Source: Octopus bimaculoides (Eukaryota). Taken from it: a DNA stretch of 64,000 bases. The notes beneath the pieces were generated by a model. The model did no database searches. It was not told where the DNA came from and saw nothing but the letters and a program-made list of their open reading frames with translations. Below are positions 1 to 13,993 of the stretch, piece by piece. Both the position numbers and the translations under genes were made by a program. Numbering within the stretch: the first letter of the stretch is position 1; the number at the start of each line of letters is the position of its first letter. The DNA lies in NCBI RefSeq assembly GCF_001194135.2, contig NC_068981.1, forward strand, positions 152,597,398-152,661,397, in the 5' to 3' direction.

Positions 1-493
1 AGGACATCCAACCATAGAAACAAAACCAAAATGAATCTCACAAGCAAAATAGCCCTCCAAATTGTTGAGGTGAGCATCATCCCCCGAATGAGCTGACTCC
101 AACTATGTTAACCTGTTCCATCCATGTCAGCATGGAAAGTGATGATGATGACATATATTCTTTTTTATGTATAGTTATATATGAAAACAATCAAACATTA
201 GTTGAAGGATCACTCAATACATTTAACTAAAGTATCACATTTATTTCATTTCTATAAGGGAAAGTTAACAATGACTGAAGTTTTCGCTAAGTTGCCTTTT
301 TCAGATTGTAAATTTTTTTTTAGTTTCCCAAGCCTTTTATAAATTTTTCAAACAAGATGACCAAAAAATACATTTAAAAAATATCTAATAATTCAGAAGT
401 ATCAAAGCAGTAACATATTGTTAACCACTCCCACTAAAAGAGAAATAAAATATTTACAAATTTCACTACCAAAATGAAATGAAAATTACTCAC

Positions 494-570
494 ATGCCTG
501 GGCCACCACAATAGCAATAACTCTGCTCAAGATTGGTTTTATGCTGAGCATCCCATGTTAACTCATTCAG
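494..570 (-). CDS. Pcl: Pcl exon (77 nt), start of PHD2: [25 protein letters not shown]; gene continues beyond the window start
   Basis: gcccttcag acceptor, GTGAGT donor. Matches MTF2 [22 protein letters not shown]. Confidence 0.95.
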
Positions 571-1810
571 CTGAAGGGCAACATAGGAAAAGAAAATGTA
601 ATTAGTATGACAGCTAAGTGAAAAACAAAATCTATTGGCAGGTAATAAGCCCAAAAGAAACAATAATCAGAAAATATTGTGAACTTCTGAATGGAAGCAC
701 AAACAAATTATAAACATGAAGTCATATAGATTAAGTTAAATGGTACAAATCACAACACATTTTCAACTTCTGGGCAGTAATTTTTGATGCTTTTCAATTT
801 TTAGCATAGTTGTTAGCACAGATTGAATCCTGCCCAGTAACTTTGGAAAGACTCTAAAAACTTGATTTACGATTTTATTGTGAGGAACTGCAAAACCAAT
901 TAGCAAAGTTTACAATAGAAACAATTGAAAGATATGGCAGCAGTTTGTTGATTTCTCAAACAAAATGCTGCAAACTTAGGTTGTAGACTTAATCTATCTG
1001 CTAACATAACATCACCACCAAATCCTTGCATGCCTTTATCAGAGTTCACTATGTTGCATCTCAGACCAGGCTTATGATCTGAGGACAGCTTCTATATGGT
1101 TGTGCTAATCTCAAGTAGCAAACCCACGAATCATGGTTTTTTTTCTCCTTGTCCTTCATCTATCTTGGAGGTCATACATGGGTGCCTACTCTTCCTTTCA
1201 GAGTAAACAAGATAAAAAAAATTTTAAAAAAACTGTCACATCACTCCATTAATGCAATATCACAAACCTGTCAGTAGTTGTTGCTGCAGATTGACATAAA
1301 AATTAAGCAATGTCTTTTAGATTGTTCCTTTCCATAACTTGCCATGGGGCAGAATCCATGAATCCATTCTATATTGATAATAGCTGGACACTCAACAAGG
1401 TTCTAAGCAGAAATGAAAAACTTAACTTGCTCGAAGAACTGACAACTGACAAGAATAACAGTATTAGCTGGTTTACAGATAAATATTTCGGTTTCCTGGG
1501 TATTGATTCTCAATATGCTGATCTTTCTGTTAGTAAATTGATTATCTGCCATAAAGTTGTACTTACTTTGTTTTAGCAGCTAACAATGGTTGATTGCTGC
1601 CTTGTTAATCTGAGCATGAGATAGAGGGTCTAACTATCTCATACATTTTTAAAATAATAACCTGTGATGTTTTCCTTGCCCCAAATGTCATTGAAAAGCT
1701 TTAATTACAAGAAGATTACTAGATAAAATAAATAGGACCTTTCAATTCAATTATGCATATTTTTCTATATTTTAATTATAATTAAAAGAAATGAAAAGAG
1801 AACAACTTAC

Positions 1811-1851
1811 ATTATAAGGTAGAGATTGTTTCATCATTTGCAGAGCCTGTG
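1811..1851 (-). CDS. Pcl: Pcl micro-exon (41 nt): [14 protein letters not shown]
   Basis: cactttcag acceptor, GTAAGT donor, phase 1 to 0. Matches MTF2 KALQVMKQTLPY. Confidence 0.93.
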
Positions 1852-2388
1852 CTGAAAGTGAAAAAAGAAAACAAAATGCAATGGAATAATAGAGCCAACT
1901 TAAAAATTATATCAGCATTTAATTTTTAATGGAAACAAAGTTATCTATAAAAACACCATAAATGTTTTATTAATTAAAATTAAAGATTTCTATACAAAAA
2001 AAAAATGTTTAAATGCATATTTTCACACAGTTTAAAATAAATTCTCATATGGTCAGTTATATAGTAAAGAATAGTAGAAATGTTTATGTAAAAATATTTT
2101 CTAGAAAGAAAAAAGTTCCTGTAGGAAAATGGAGAAATGGAACTGACAAGAACATTGACAATAGTTAAAAAACAAAAATGGTAGTACTTTAACTAATATC
2201 AAACTTTTAAAATAAAAATTTATCAATCTTTCACCTTATGTATTAGCAGCAAACTAATACAAGCAAGAAACAATTTAAATGTTTCAAATAACAAGAAACA
2301 TCTTAGAAAATATAAAAAAAACAAAACAAAACAAGAAACAATATCAGATATTTGGAAGGTTTCAGAAGTTTACAAAGCACTCACTCAC

Positions 2389-2419
2389 CGTTAGGTCCAC
2401 TCTTTAAAGCACCTCCACG
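2389..2419 (-). CDS. Pcl: Pcl micro-exon (31 nt): [11 protein letters not shown]
   Basis: cttttcag acceptor, GTGAGT donor, phase 0 to 1. Matches family motif RGGALKKGPNA. Confidence 0.93.
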
Positions 2420-3633
2420 CTGAAAAGATTTGGGGGCGAAATTTAAAGTAAGAGTTTATACTGAAGAAAATGTTCTGTGTGGAAGGTACAGAAGAGAGAA
2501 TTAACTTCTATGTTAACTATTTACAAAATACACCATTCACAAATATCTGAAATCAATACAGCTAACCACCCACTGATAAGTATCTAAAAATTAGGTGAAG
2601 CAAATGACAGTTCATCACACTAACACTAAGACGAAGGAATAACTGGTTAATTAACTGTCACCAGTATGTAACAGATCTTTATCAAATAGCAGTTTGGCAA
2701 GAAAAGACATTACTATTTGAAGATCACTTAATTTAAAATCATGAAAACCCTTTTTAAGGAAGTGGGGAGAAAGAGATAGAAAGAGAAAGGGTGAGAAAGT
2801 GAATTACCATTCGAATCTCTAAAAAGATATTTATCTAATCTGTTAAATTAGGGAAAGGATAATATTAAAAAATAATCTCACCTAGCCTGCTTCATTGACT
2901 CTTAGAAATGATATCCTTATGAAAATTTATATAATCTACTAACTAGCAAATTTGGATCAATAAATTTGAGGAATCTCAAATTTAATTTCAAGTGTTTTCT
3001 CTACAAGTTAAAAAACACAAACACTAAGAAAAATTGTGATGACAAAATATTTTCTGAACATAATTTAGCAACAGTGTTTAGAAAATGCAGGTATTGTCAC
3101 AAAGTATATTCTGCAATTGATTGGAATTATCTGTTTAGAAAATGGCCAGCCAAATACATGCCCTTTATGCTGTATTGAATGAGCTGTATGATTTTTTCAG
3201 TAACTCTTCTTAAGCTATAAGTGAGAGTATGAGGTGTTGTGATGCAAATATTTTTGCTAAGTACCGAGATGGAAATATTCCTTCTCTAAAACTACTGACA
3301 GAAATAAATAAAATCATGGCATGTATCAAAAAGCCTACACATTAGCCACTCTGATATCTTTATAAATTTCAGATATAATCAGTCACACAATCACATTCAC
3401 ACAAATATTTTCAAGACTTAAGAATACGTAATTAGTACACAATGAACCTAAGTAATTATAAAACAGTATTTATAAAAAGTTATAAATATATATGCATACA
3501 CATTCATACACACATACATACACAGACAAAATATATGTTTATATATGACAGTGTCAAAAACAAATTATATACCAGTGTGTACAGTAATGATATATTAGTT
3601 CAGTGCAATTAACTTATTAAATAAGGCACTCAC

Positions 3634-3734
3634 TTTTACTGTTGTAGCAAAGACACACAAACGGCAAAGCCATTCCACTTCAGGATTTAAGACCTGAGTA
3701 TCAATGGCAGGGTTGTGGCAAAGTTGATGGTACC
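3634..3734 (-). CDS. Pcl: Pcl exon (101 nt), PHD1 second half: [34 protein letters not shown]
   Basis: ctcttcag acceptor, GTGAGT donor, phase 1 to 0. Matches MTF2 GYHQLCH...WLCRQCVFATT. Confidence 0.96.
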
Positions 3735-4249
3735 CTGAAGAGATCGAAAAAGAAACACAGCAATGTTATCCCAACACAAATTGAATATCTGAAGATATTT
3801 ATTTTGGTTAAAGGGAATTTGCCGGCACTGTTGTTGTGAATGAGCAAGAATAATTAGGAGCAGGTAAGCTTGGAGTTTATTTAAATTGCATTTTATTATT
3901 AAAATATTTTCAATTTTGCAGTAGTTTAAATGTATAACAATCCAAGATAATTTCAAAATTAATTAGTTTCATTTTAATTTAAGTAAATAATTTGAATCTT
4001 TATCAAAAGAACTGATAATAATCCAAACAGATCAATTGTGTTAGTTTCAATTAATATAATCAAGAAATGACTTGAAAAGAAATTGCTAATTTTCTTTCTT
4101 TTTTTATAAAAAAATAATGTTAACAGGCCCTCAGGGTCTGGTAAGATTAATATCCAGTTAGTATTAAGCCTGAACAGCTCCAAGTACACAACTGCAGGTA
4201 AAATGTGAACAGGAAGAAAATTCCAAAGAATCACTTTCTAAAGAAGGAT

Positions 4250-6260
4250 TTGGCATAGTGGTTAATGCAGGGTCTGAGAAAACACAAATTAGGTGATGAG
4301 AAGAGAAGTTTATGCGTCAAGTAGAGGTGATAAGCAGCTGTTATCTAGCTCTGAGAAGCGGATGCCGGTAAAAAATGTAGCTCACTATACTTCTGGTAGA
4401 AGTACAATTGGCTAGATATTGGAAACCTAAATAGGTAACAACTGTGTTGCTTCAGATGTGCAAGTAATACTCTACTGTGGGACTCAGTTGAGCTTTGAAG
4501 AGAGCAGGCTCACTAGTTGTTCATGACTGAAATATTTACATGGGTGCAATTTTTGTTATGTTATGAATGGTGTGAGAGCCAAAAGCATGGAGGACCAGTA
4601 ATTATGGGGCCTGGTATATGTAGTGACTTTGAAGGTTTCAGTTGCATGCTGTCAAAGAGTGACGATGAAGAGGAGGTTTCCTTGGTATATGTAGTGAGAC
4701 TGTGTCTTTGTACTGTTGAGGTCTTTGTTCATAAAGAATAGATTTGATGTGTGAAGTCTACTGCCTGTAGATAATGTGTCCAAAAGGTTACGGAGGAATG
4801 AAGAATGGTATAATCTAGATAGGCATAGTGTTGTTAGAAGTAACAGTAACTTGTTAATACATAAGAAGAGTATAGGCAACATAATCAGCAATCTGACAGG
4901 AAGCTTCTGACCCAAGAGTCGTATGAAACTCATAGGTGATCAGTTTAGCAAAAAGAGTTTCATGACAGACATGCTCAAATGTTTTACTTATTTCAAGTGC
5001 AAAGATATTGTTGTTTTCACCAAATGTCTCAGAGATAAAGTATCATTATGTACTGACATAAAGGAGCAAATTTCCAACAACATGGCTGTATGGAAATCAT
5101 ACTGGTGGTAGTTGAGGAGGGAGAGATACTTAAAGTCATATAGAAGGTGATTGTTAAAAATTTCCATTACTTGGAAAGGAGTGTGATATATTGGGAGTTG
5201 GAAAGGTAAGAAAAATTGCTTTTCTTCCAGAAGTGACACAATAAACATATTTCCAAATATTGGAATAGTTCCTTGTAGAGAGAGACTGGAAAGGACATTG
5301 TCAAGGTTGGTGGCCTTGTAGTAGTGAGAATGATGGAATAGAGAAGGAAAGTTTTATGAGAGTTTTGTAGAGCAGGTGCAATGTGAATGCTACATACAAA
5401 TTGGGCAGCAAATATACAAGTTTTTGCCACAGCAGCATTGTAACAAGTCATCAAAGCTGGCAAGTGGGTAGGATTTAACAAAGTTGGCAGTTTTGGATTT
5501 TTCTCTTTCTAGGTATTGTAGACAGTATCTTTAAACTATATTGCTTCAACATAGCTATGTATGAACCATGTGAGGGTCATGATCTTTAATGAGAGATGTG
5601 AAGGGACATGATTAAGGGAATAGTTCAAACCACCAGCTTAGCTGTCTTAGATAGGTAAGGTACAAAAACATTTCTTAGCTTAAAAAGCGGCAGAGCTCTG
5701 ACTAGTTACTTGATTTGACATACTATATGGGCATAAAGTGGAAACATTACATAGTATGTGGATGTGTGGTGGGTAGCCATGATCAGGTAGTCATAGGATT
5801 GTCTGATAGGTGTGAAGAAGGTTGTAAAAATGAGAAAGAAAGGAAAGATGTATAGAGTGTCTGTTAGTAATATATAAGGGTTCAGCATGGTAAAAGATCT
5901 TTGCATCACAAGCATCAGTGTAAGAGATGTATTAGAGCAAAAGAGAATTGGGAATATTGAAGACAAGGAATGATGACTTCAGAGAGCAGTGAAGTGAAAT
6001 AGATATATTAAATGTTACATGAGAAATAATTGAACACTTAAAGGTAGCTGGAGGAGTTGGCAGAGTCACTGATGAATTGAGAGGAGGGAATAAGGGAGAC
6101 TTTGAAGTGAAGAAACTCAAAGTCATCCTACTGCTATCCTGAAGAGAATATGTTATGGGCAGGCACCACCTTTCAAGTGAAATCTGAATATAGTGTGGCC
6201 TTTGACAGCAGAGGTGGATTTTAGATAAAGGCGGAGTGTTTTGTCTTGGAAACAAGATGG
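4250..6260 (-). mobile_element. Highly decayed LINE-like remnant, possibly RNase H-bearing (I clade)
   Basis: Strong strand-compositional shift, and frameshifted traces resembling IYTDGS, FSDS and HVxIxGNE. Alignment by eye only. Confidence 0.4.
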
Positions 6261-8321
6261 ATCTGTGGTTTGTGTTAGAAGAGGCAATGGGCTGTATTTT
6301 GGTTTGACTAGAAAATGGAAAATAGCATTAACCCTGTCTCCTCTTAAATAAAATTAATCACTGAATAATTCTTAAACTTTTACATTTCAATTACCAAATT
6401 GTTCTATTGGGACCTTGTACTGACTTATACAGATATCTTGGACAAGTTTACTGCAATTATTTTAAAGTTCTTTTTGCAACTTTTAAATTTTTCTTGTCTG
6501 TCATGGAGTAACAAAATTGAGGAATAATTCATCATGCACTGCCTTCAGTGGGGACTGTTTAAGGTTTCAAAACCAAAGCTCTCCTTCTACAAGGACCTCT
6601 TTAAATTGCCTTCATAATCTATTCATCTAAACATAACTACTCAAGAGACAAAAGCAAAGTGAAATTCTATTCATTTGCTATATCCTCAAATTAATGTTGT
6701 ATCTTACTCCTAGTCAAATACTTCCATGTCCTGACAAACTATGTAACCCTAACCCTAACTGAATAAACTTTGCTATGACCGCTATGATTAGTTTCATACA
6801 CATTCTTGAAGCACTACAACTTAGCATTCATGTACCAATTTTCGACAACATCATCATCTTAAATACACAGTTTACACACCTATTTCACTAACAGGACAAT
6901 CACTTTTCCATGAATAAATTCTCTTGATTTAGTCAATCAAACTATTTCTGATTTTAGATTTATTTGAAATAAGAATAAAATTCAAATATCTCCATTAATA
7001 ACAGAGGGTTTAAAACTTAGTATGAAATTTGGAAAGCTTAGCAGAAAGCTAAAAAAACTGACAACACTACAAATGTTTGATGAATTATTTTATAGTTGTA
7101 AGTATAATCCTGGATTTAGTATTATCAATACTACTACACAAAGATGCATGGTTTAATGGTTATGGTGTTGGGTTCACAATCATAAGTTATGAATTTGATT
7201 CCTAGAACAGACAGTGTATTATGTCCTTGGGCAAGGCACACCATTTCATGTTGTTTCAATCAACTCAGCTGAAAATGAGTACAAGCCAGCTGTTCATACA
7301 GGCCTGTCTCCCTCCAGCTGTCACAAGATACAAGCTGCCAAATGATACTCACTTGCACGATAGCTAAACTTTAGCACTATAATTAACATTCAATGATTAT
7401 CTCTGATCGTGGTTCAATACTTCCATGCTATAACCCATCATAAGGTGTAAATACACTCTCAAGTAGACCACTTCTCCTGTAACACCAGTCACATATTCCA
7501 GTTTCAATAATACGACATCTGAATAAAAACAAATCTTCACCTGCCAAAATCATTTCCATCTCTTCTAGTAGTGATGGCCTATGCTTGATCAATTGCTGAC
7601 TTTATATGACCTTCACTTAAGCCTATTTCACAAACCTACCTTTCAGACTATCATGTAATAGTTACACATGTAAGACACACTGAATAATTTATCTGACTCT
7701 TCAGTAATTCCTTTCATTTTTTTCCTATCAAACTCATCATTGCATAAGGTTACCAAATTATTTCTACCCTGCAGTCTATTTTGGTCTAACCCTTTTTAGC
7801 ATTCAAATTGGCCATATCCAGCCTAAATATTCTACTTTTATGTTCAAATCAGCTAGATGCAGCCTACCATACCTACCCTACAATGTCCTTCTAAAAATAA
7901 GCAATCATATCATGAAAATCTCAAAGCTACAAGATAATGCATGGTTAATTCAAAACAATGTGAATAAGCATTACATTTGACAGAATAATCTGAATGCTAA
8001 AGAGCTAAAAATGCATATGGACACTTCATCAGGAAAATTTAAGTCTAACCACAAGAACTCCTCCATCAGCAACTACTTTTATGAACAGATTCCTAATACC
8101 CAGACTGATACCAAAGAAAATGAAATGAGTGAAATTATATGTAGAAAATAAGAGGGAGCATGGTTGTGAGTGGACAACGGTTGGTGGACAAAATGCGCTT
8201 TATTGGTTTCACTAGATTTAAAGATTTAATTACATGAAGTGCATTACAGTCAATTAGTTTTGCCTTCCATTAAAAAGATTAGAATGAATCTATAAAACTG
8301 TTAATTCTCAAAAATTCTTAC

Positions 8322-8414
8322 CTAATCCACAATTATCACAGAGAACTATTTCATCTGGAGCATCTGAAGATTCACCTAGACATGAACAACACATTATTTC
8401 TCCTTCTTTAGCTC
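8322..8414 (-). CDS. Pcl: Pcl exon (93 nt), PHD1 first half: G-AKEGEIMCCSCLGESSDAPDEIVLCDNCGL-G
   Basis: aattttag acceptor, GTAAGA donor, phase 1 to 1. CxxC...CxxC pattern like MTF2 PHD1. Confidence 0.95.
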
Positions 8415-9409
8415 CTAAAATTAATGAACAGAAAGAATAATTTTAACAAGACATTCAGTTTCTTAGATTGGCAAATATTTCAGTAAAAGTTGGATGGTAT
8501 TAAAAATACAGATATTTGTCTTAATTATTTAGAATAGGCTCCTCCATAACTTGTTCATTTGTATGTATATACACACACATACACTTGAACATGAAATGTT
8601 AATTGTACCAATTCTTTTGAATAAGTAGACAAAGGGAAAAAATAAAGCATTTTAGTAAAGCTTATATGACCATGATTTAGTTAAGATTTTTCATTGGCCT
8701 TTATGGTGCAATTAGACTTTTTTTTTATAAATGCTCATTTTTTTTCTTCATAGATTTTATTTATTTTCTAAAACAAAATCCATTAATAATAATAATCCTT
8801 TCTACTATAGGCATGAGGCCTGAAATTTTGGTGAAGAGGACTAGTTGATTACATCGACCCCAGTGTTTCACTGGTACTCAATTTATTGACCTCTGAAAGG
8901 ATGAAAAGCAAAGTCGACCTTTGTGGAATTTGAACTCAGAATGTAGCGATGGGTGAAATACCAGTCCTGACTTCATCAATACCACTACTATGAACATTTC
9001 AAAATATATCCTCTCATTTGATTGTATTTTCTTTCTGACTCATTTCAAATCTAATCATTATTCACTATTATGTTGAATAACTGAATATTCCTATACCATT
9101 AGTATAATTATTTAAATAACTACTATCTTAAACTTTCAATAAACATCAATAAAACTGCCTACTGAAAACAACTCCACTTCATTACTTTCTTTGTTATTAA
9201 AGTGAAGAATAGACATGCCATAGATCAAAGATATACCACAGTAACACCCTTAATCAGCTGAATCTGCAATCCAACTTTATAGAAGCTATTTATTTCTGTG
9301 ATAAGACATTTTCGAAAACCATGTAAGCCACATTTTCTCTCTCATCACTTTGACACCTTGGTCTATAAGGTCATGAGTTCAATTCCTGATAGCATGTTGT
9401 GTCCTTAGG

Positions 9410-9840
9410 CACAGGAGTGGCTGTGTGGTAAGTAGCTTGCTTACCAACCACATGGTTCCGGGTTCATTCCCACTGTGTGGCACCTTAGGCAAGTGTCTCC
9501 TACTATAGCCTCGGGCCNNNNNNNNNNCTGTGTGGCACCTTAGGCAAGTGTCTCCTACTATAGCCTCGGGCCGACCAAAGCCTTGTCAGTGGATTTGGTA
9601 GACAGAAACTGAAAGAAGCCCATCGTATATATGTATGTGTGTCTTGTGTTTGTCCCCGCAACATCGCTTGACAACCGATGGTGGTGTGTTTATGTCCCCG
9701 TAACTTAGCGGTTTGGCAAAAGAGACTGATAGAATAAGTACTAGGCTTCCAAAGAATAAGTCCTGGGGTTGATTTGCTCGACTAAAGGCGGTGCTCCAGC
9801 ATGGCCGCAGTCAAATGACTGAAACAAGTAAAAGAGAATA
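9410..9840 (+). mobile_element. tRNA-derived SINE of octopod type; other copies near 11310-11470, 12340-12500, 38640-38900 (inverted), 56990-57465
   Basis: Head GGAGTGGCTGTGTGGTAAG...GGTTCATTCC, core ccttaggcaagtgtctcctactatagcc, tail ctccagcatggccgcagtcaaatgactgaaacaagtaaaag. Confidence 0.85.
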
Positions 9841-10528
9841 AAGACACTTTATTTCATGTTGCTCCAATTCATGCAGCTGGCAAAGATGAGTTGTACTGCA
9901 ATTCAAAGGGCCAGTCTTGTCACATTCTGTGTCACACTGAATCTCCCTGAGAACCATGTTAAGGGTATGCATGTCTTTGGAGTGCTCAGCCATTTGCACA
10001 TTAATTTCATGAACGGGTTGTTCTGCTGACCGGATCAATGGAACACTCATTGTAACTGATAGAGTGCCACTACAGAGGGAACCATAAGTGAAAATTAGCT
10101 ATTAACTCCTTAAACTTTGATCATGAGATATTTTAAGATAATTAAAGTCACTACACTCTTGTGCTGAGATATTTCACATAAGTAATATACTTAATGACAG
10201 CTCAATGAAATAACTCAATCCACTCTTCCTTTAAAACTTTAGCTATCATGATAATTTATTATATTAATTGATCAAAAATTTTTTTACAATAGTTATTAAT
10301 AATGTGACATCTGACAAACCAAATGCTACAAAGCTTTAGAAGACAAATTTGCAAGTTTTATCGTTTAGGGTTAGAAAAAAAAAAACATACAAAAACACAA
10401 CCATAAAACTAATTACATATTTTCACTTTATGAGTTATTCTAACTGAAATCTTATTTACATATTTATAAGCATTACAATGTTAAAAAAAGATAAGTTTAT
10501 ATAATAAATATATACAAAAAGCACTAAC

Positions 10529-10610
10529 CTCTTTGAATATCTTTAAACATAACCAAAAATTCAGAATCATCTTCAAAACGGATAAAACATTTACAAGCTT
10601 TGTCATCTAC
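10529..10610 (-). CDS. Pcl: Pcl exon (82 nt), second half of Tudor: VDDKACKCFIRFEDDSEFLVMFKDIQR-G
   Basis: ttttgcag acceptor, GTTAGT donor, phase 0 to 1. Resembles PHF1 VDSAREVCLVQFEDDSQFLVLWKDI. Confidence 0.95.
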
Positions 10611-11805
10611 CTGCAAAATAATTAAATTTTAAAGCCTTTCACAGTAAAATAATTGTATTGATTTCATTTGGATAATTTCTGAGGTTAGAAGAAGGAATGA
10701 TGCTAATCTCAGAATTAGAGACCTGGCCTAAATTACTTACACTAGACTGGAAAGCATCAAAGGTATCTAAGGGACCAGGTGATGGATTAAGTCTATCACC
10801 AAAGAACAGGAAGTTTCTGTGACCAACTTCCACATAGTTTTTGCTTACCAAATTACACTCACAGGACTTGTGCCAACCTGAGATCATGGTACAAGACACT
10901 TGCCAAGGTGACATGCAATGGTATTAAGTCTGAAACCACACGGCCAGTGCACTGAAATGATACCATCATATCCCTGTTATGTATTGATTATGCAAAGATG
11001 AAAGCAAAGTTAACTTGGGAGATGTGAAATAAAAAAATAACATGTTGGAACTAAATACTAGTCAGACATGCCACCATTTCCTCATGTAGTAATATTATGT
11101 ATTTCTTACACAGGCCTTGTGCCTATGTAAGTTAGCAAACTAGAGTGACCCCATTTGGTACTTATATATTTCATCAATGTTGGAAGAATGAAAGACAAAG
11201 TCAATATATATATATATTTTTGTCAAGAGATTGAACAAGAACAGAGTCAGTGTTCTACAACTGTCTTTTCACTTCATAAATCTTATTCCATTTATGTTTA
11301 CAATAGGTTCAGGCATGGCTGTGTGGATAGAAGGTTACTTCCCAACCATATAGTTCCAGATTCAGTTATACTGTACAGCACCTTGGGCAAGTATCTTCTA
11401 TTATAGCACTGGGATGACCAAAGGCTTGAGTGAGCTTGGTAGATAGAAACTGAAAACCCATTGTATATATGTTAGTATGCCTGTGTCTTCATGTCTTGAC
11501 AATGTGACAGCTGGAAAATGAATCTATGAGAGTATGTCTGGTCATGGGGAAATATTACGTTGCTTGGAAACAAGTGAGAATTGGCAACAGGATGGGTATC
11601 CAGCCACAGAAAAAAAAATCTACCCTAATAAATCCTGTCCAACACATGCAAGCATGGAAAAGTGGACATTAAAATAATGATGATGATTTAGTAAGATTTG
11701 CAAGATGAAATGTCTTAAGTACACTAATGTGTTTGGAATATCCTTGTTCAAATATTAAAGACTAATACAAGAATATTGTTCATAGTCAGTTCATGCCTTA
11801 TGCTA

Positions 11806-12027
11806 TTGACCCTTTAGTATTTAAACAAGCCATTAGCCCAAATATTTTATTTTATGTTCAAACTGGCCAGATCTGATCTCTCACACCTACCCTACAATGT
11901 AATTCTAAAAAATAAATAATTACATCATTGAAATTTTGATACTAAAAGATAATGCATGATCAATTCAAAACAATATGAATAAATAAGCATTATATTTAAA
12001 AGAGTAATCTGAATGCTAAAGGGTTAA
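11806..12027. mobile_element. piggyBac-like MITE family; further copies at 7786-8008 and inverted at about 39153-39372
   Basis: Ends TT(A/G)ACCCTTTAG(C/T)ATT ... AATGCTAAAGGGTTAA. Shared core cacctaccctacaatgt.attctaaaaata. Confidence 0.8.
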
Positions 12028-13495
12028 GGAATTCAAACCACTCATGTAGTGATCCCTGACACTAATGATAACTATAATTAGTGGCCAAATCAAATTCATT
12101 CAATTCTTGGCTCCACAATTAATAAACTAAATTTAAATGATACTTTTTAAATTTTAAACAGTTTAATTCTAACAATTTTATAAGCACCCATGCCAGTCCA
12201 TGTAAAAAGCACCCAGCACACTCTGTAAAGTGGTTGGCATTAGCTGTAGAAAACAAGTTACATCAGGCCGGAACCTGGTACAGCACTCTATCTCTGGTCA
12301 CCCATGCCAGCATGGAAAATGGACATGTGATGACTGCAATAAAACACTCTTTATTGGAATAAAGAAATCTAGGTGCAAAGAAGCTCACTTCCCAGACATT
12401 TGGTACCGGGTTTAATCCCACTACTTGGGCATCTTCTATAACCTTGAGCTAACCAAAGCCAATGAGTGGATTTGGTAGATAGAAACTGAAAGATGCCTAT
12501 TGTGATAGTCATAAAAGATCTTTTGGAAACAACGTGAGGATTGGCAACAGGAAGGGCAACTATCCATAGAAAATCTGATTCAACAAATTCCATCTGACTC
12601 CTGCAAGCACAGAAAAGTAGACATCATGGAGATGATGATTTATCATCAACTGATGTTTAGCTAATTCTCTTTGAAAATAATTAAAACGTCTGATCTGTAT
12701 AAACATAGTGGTTACACTTTAGAACTATAAGTTCAAATGTAAATCAATACCTTCAATGAAAGTATAGATTAACCAGCTTGAAAACTCTTTATTTTACTTA
12801 TGATTTTGCACTGTTTATATATATTCTGAATATATATGAATTTTTACCTACTTGCTTTCAGAATTTAGCTTGAACATGGCTCAAAAGGCAGCAGTAATTA
12901 TCCTGGATGCCCTGCATAATGCTTTACATTCTACTTGCCAACATGTCCCAATGTGTATAGTTTAGTGACAAAAATATAGGATGTATTCAGGATAACATTT
13001 CACTTGGTATCAATAAAATACTGAAAGTTCCATTTAGTTTTTTCCAAGGCAAAACATACTAAAATTTTAAATAAAATTTTCTTTTTAAAACAGTTTATAC
13101 TAAAATTAGGAATGTAATTTGCTAAAGTTACTTTTGAGTAAATGACTGAATGAATAAAAGAAATATAAAACATATCAATTAGCTTTCATTTCTATAATCA
13201 CAATAAAACAACAGCAATGTGCAGAGGTCAAGTGCTTAAATATTCTATAAAAAAAAAATCAAATAAATATACTTTACAAATTGAAATGTAGAGACAAATT
13301 ATAATCCATTACATCTTACCATTTGATTAGCATGGAAATCAGACGTCAAATGATGATGATGGTAATGAAAATTGAAACCAATTACAGATGAGTCAGAAAT
13401 ATATCTCTTACAGAAATAGATCAAAATTCTTTAAAATAAAATTTACAATTTATTTTCAATTAATTACAATTTAATTCATAATTAAAATGTTATAC

Positions 13496-13993
13496 CTTTA
13501 AAATATTGCCTAAATAGAAAAGACCATCATTCCATCTGGCAAGAACATCCTGACCAACAGAAAACATCAATTTCCTTTTATTGTTAGAATTCTTGTTGTT
13601 GTTGCTGTCATCATTTGACTTGAAGTTTACAGGACTGCTGCTGCCACTACTCATACTGCTATTTGTAATGGTATCTGTATCAGATGTGCTTGGAGTAATT
13701 ACAGCACTAGAGACTGGGGTATTATTATCAATGTTGTTGGTATAGTTGTTGGTAATAGCCTTAAAATGATATTCCATATCCATGTCACCATCGGTATCGT
13801 GTATCTTTTTATCCAAACTTGTTTCTCCGTTACACAGTTGCTTAGTAACACTAACTGTTGTTCCATCAGAAGACATGTTAGTTGAAGAAGCAACAGGAGA
13901 CAGAGAAACATTTAATCCATCACTGTTAGAGTTAAATTCTTCATTAGCTGCATCACTGCAACCATCCAAATAGCAACAACCATTGCTGGCCAT
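13496..13993 (-). CDS. Pcl: Polycomb-like protein (MTF2/PHF1/PHF19 family), first clear coding exon: Ser/Thr/Asn/Asp-rich N-terminus plus first half of Tudor domain
   Basis: Translation ends FSVGQDVLARWNDGLFYLGNILK, matching the PCL Tudor start (GQDVLARWxDGLxYLG). ATG in CCACCATGG context at 13993. Acceptor tttatttcag at 14024-25, donor AAG|GTATAA at 13495. Confidence 0.93.

Noticed and set aside
9473-9573. Identical 45 bp repeats flanking a short N run
   Set aside because: Typical overlap artefact at a scaffold gap inside a SINE.
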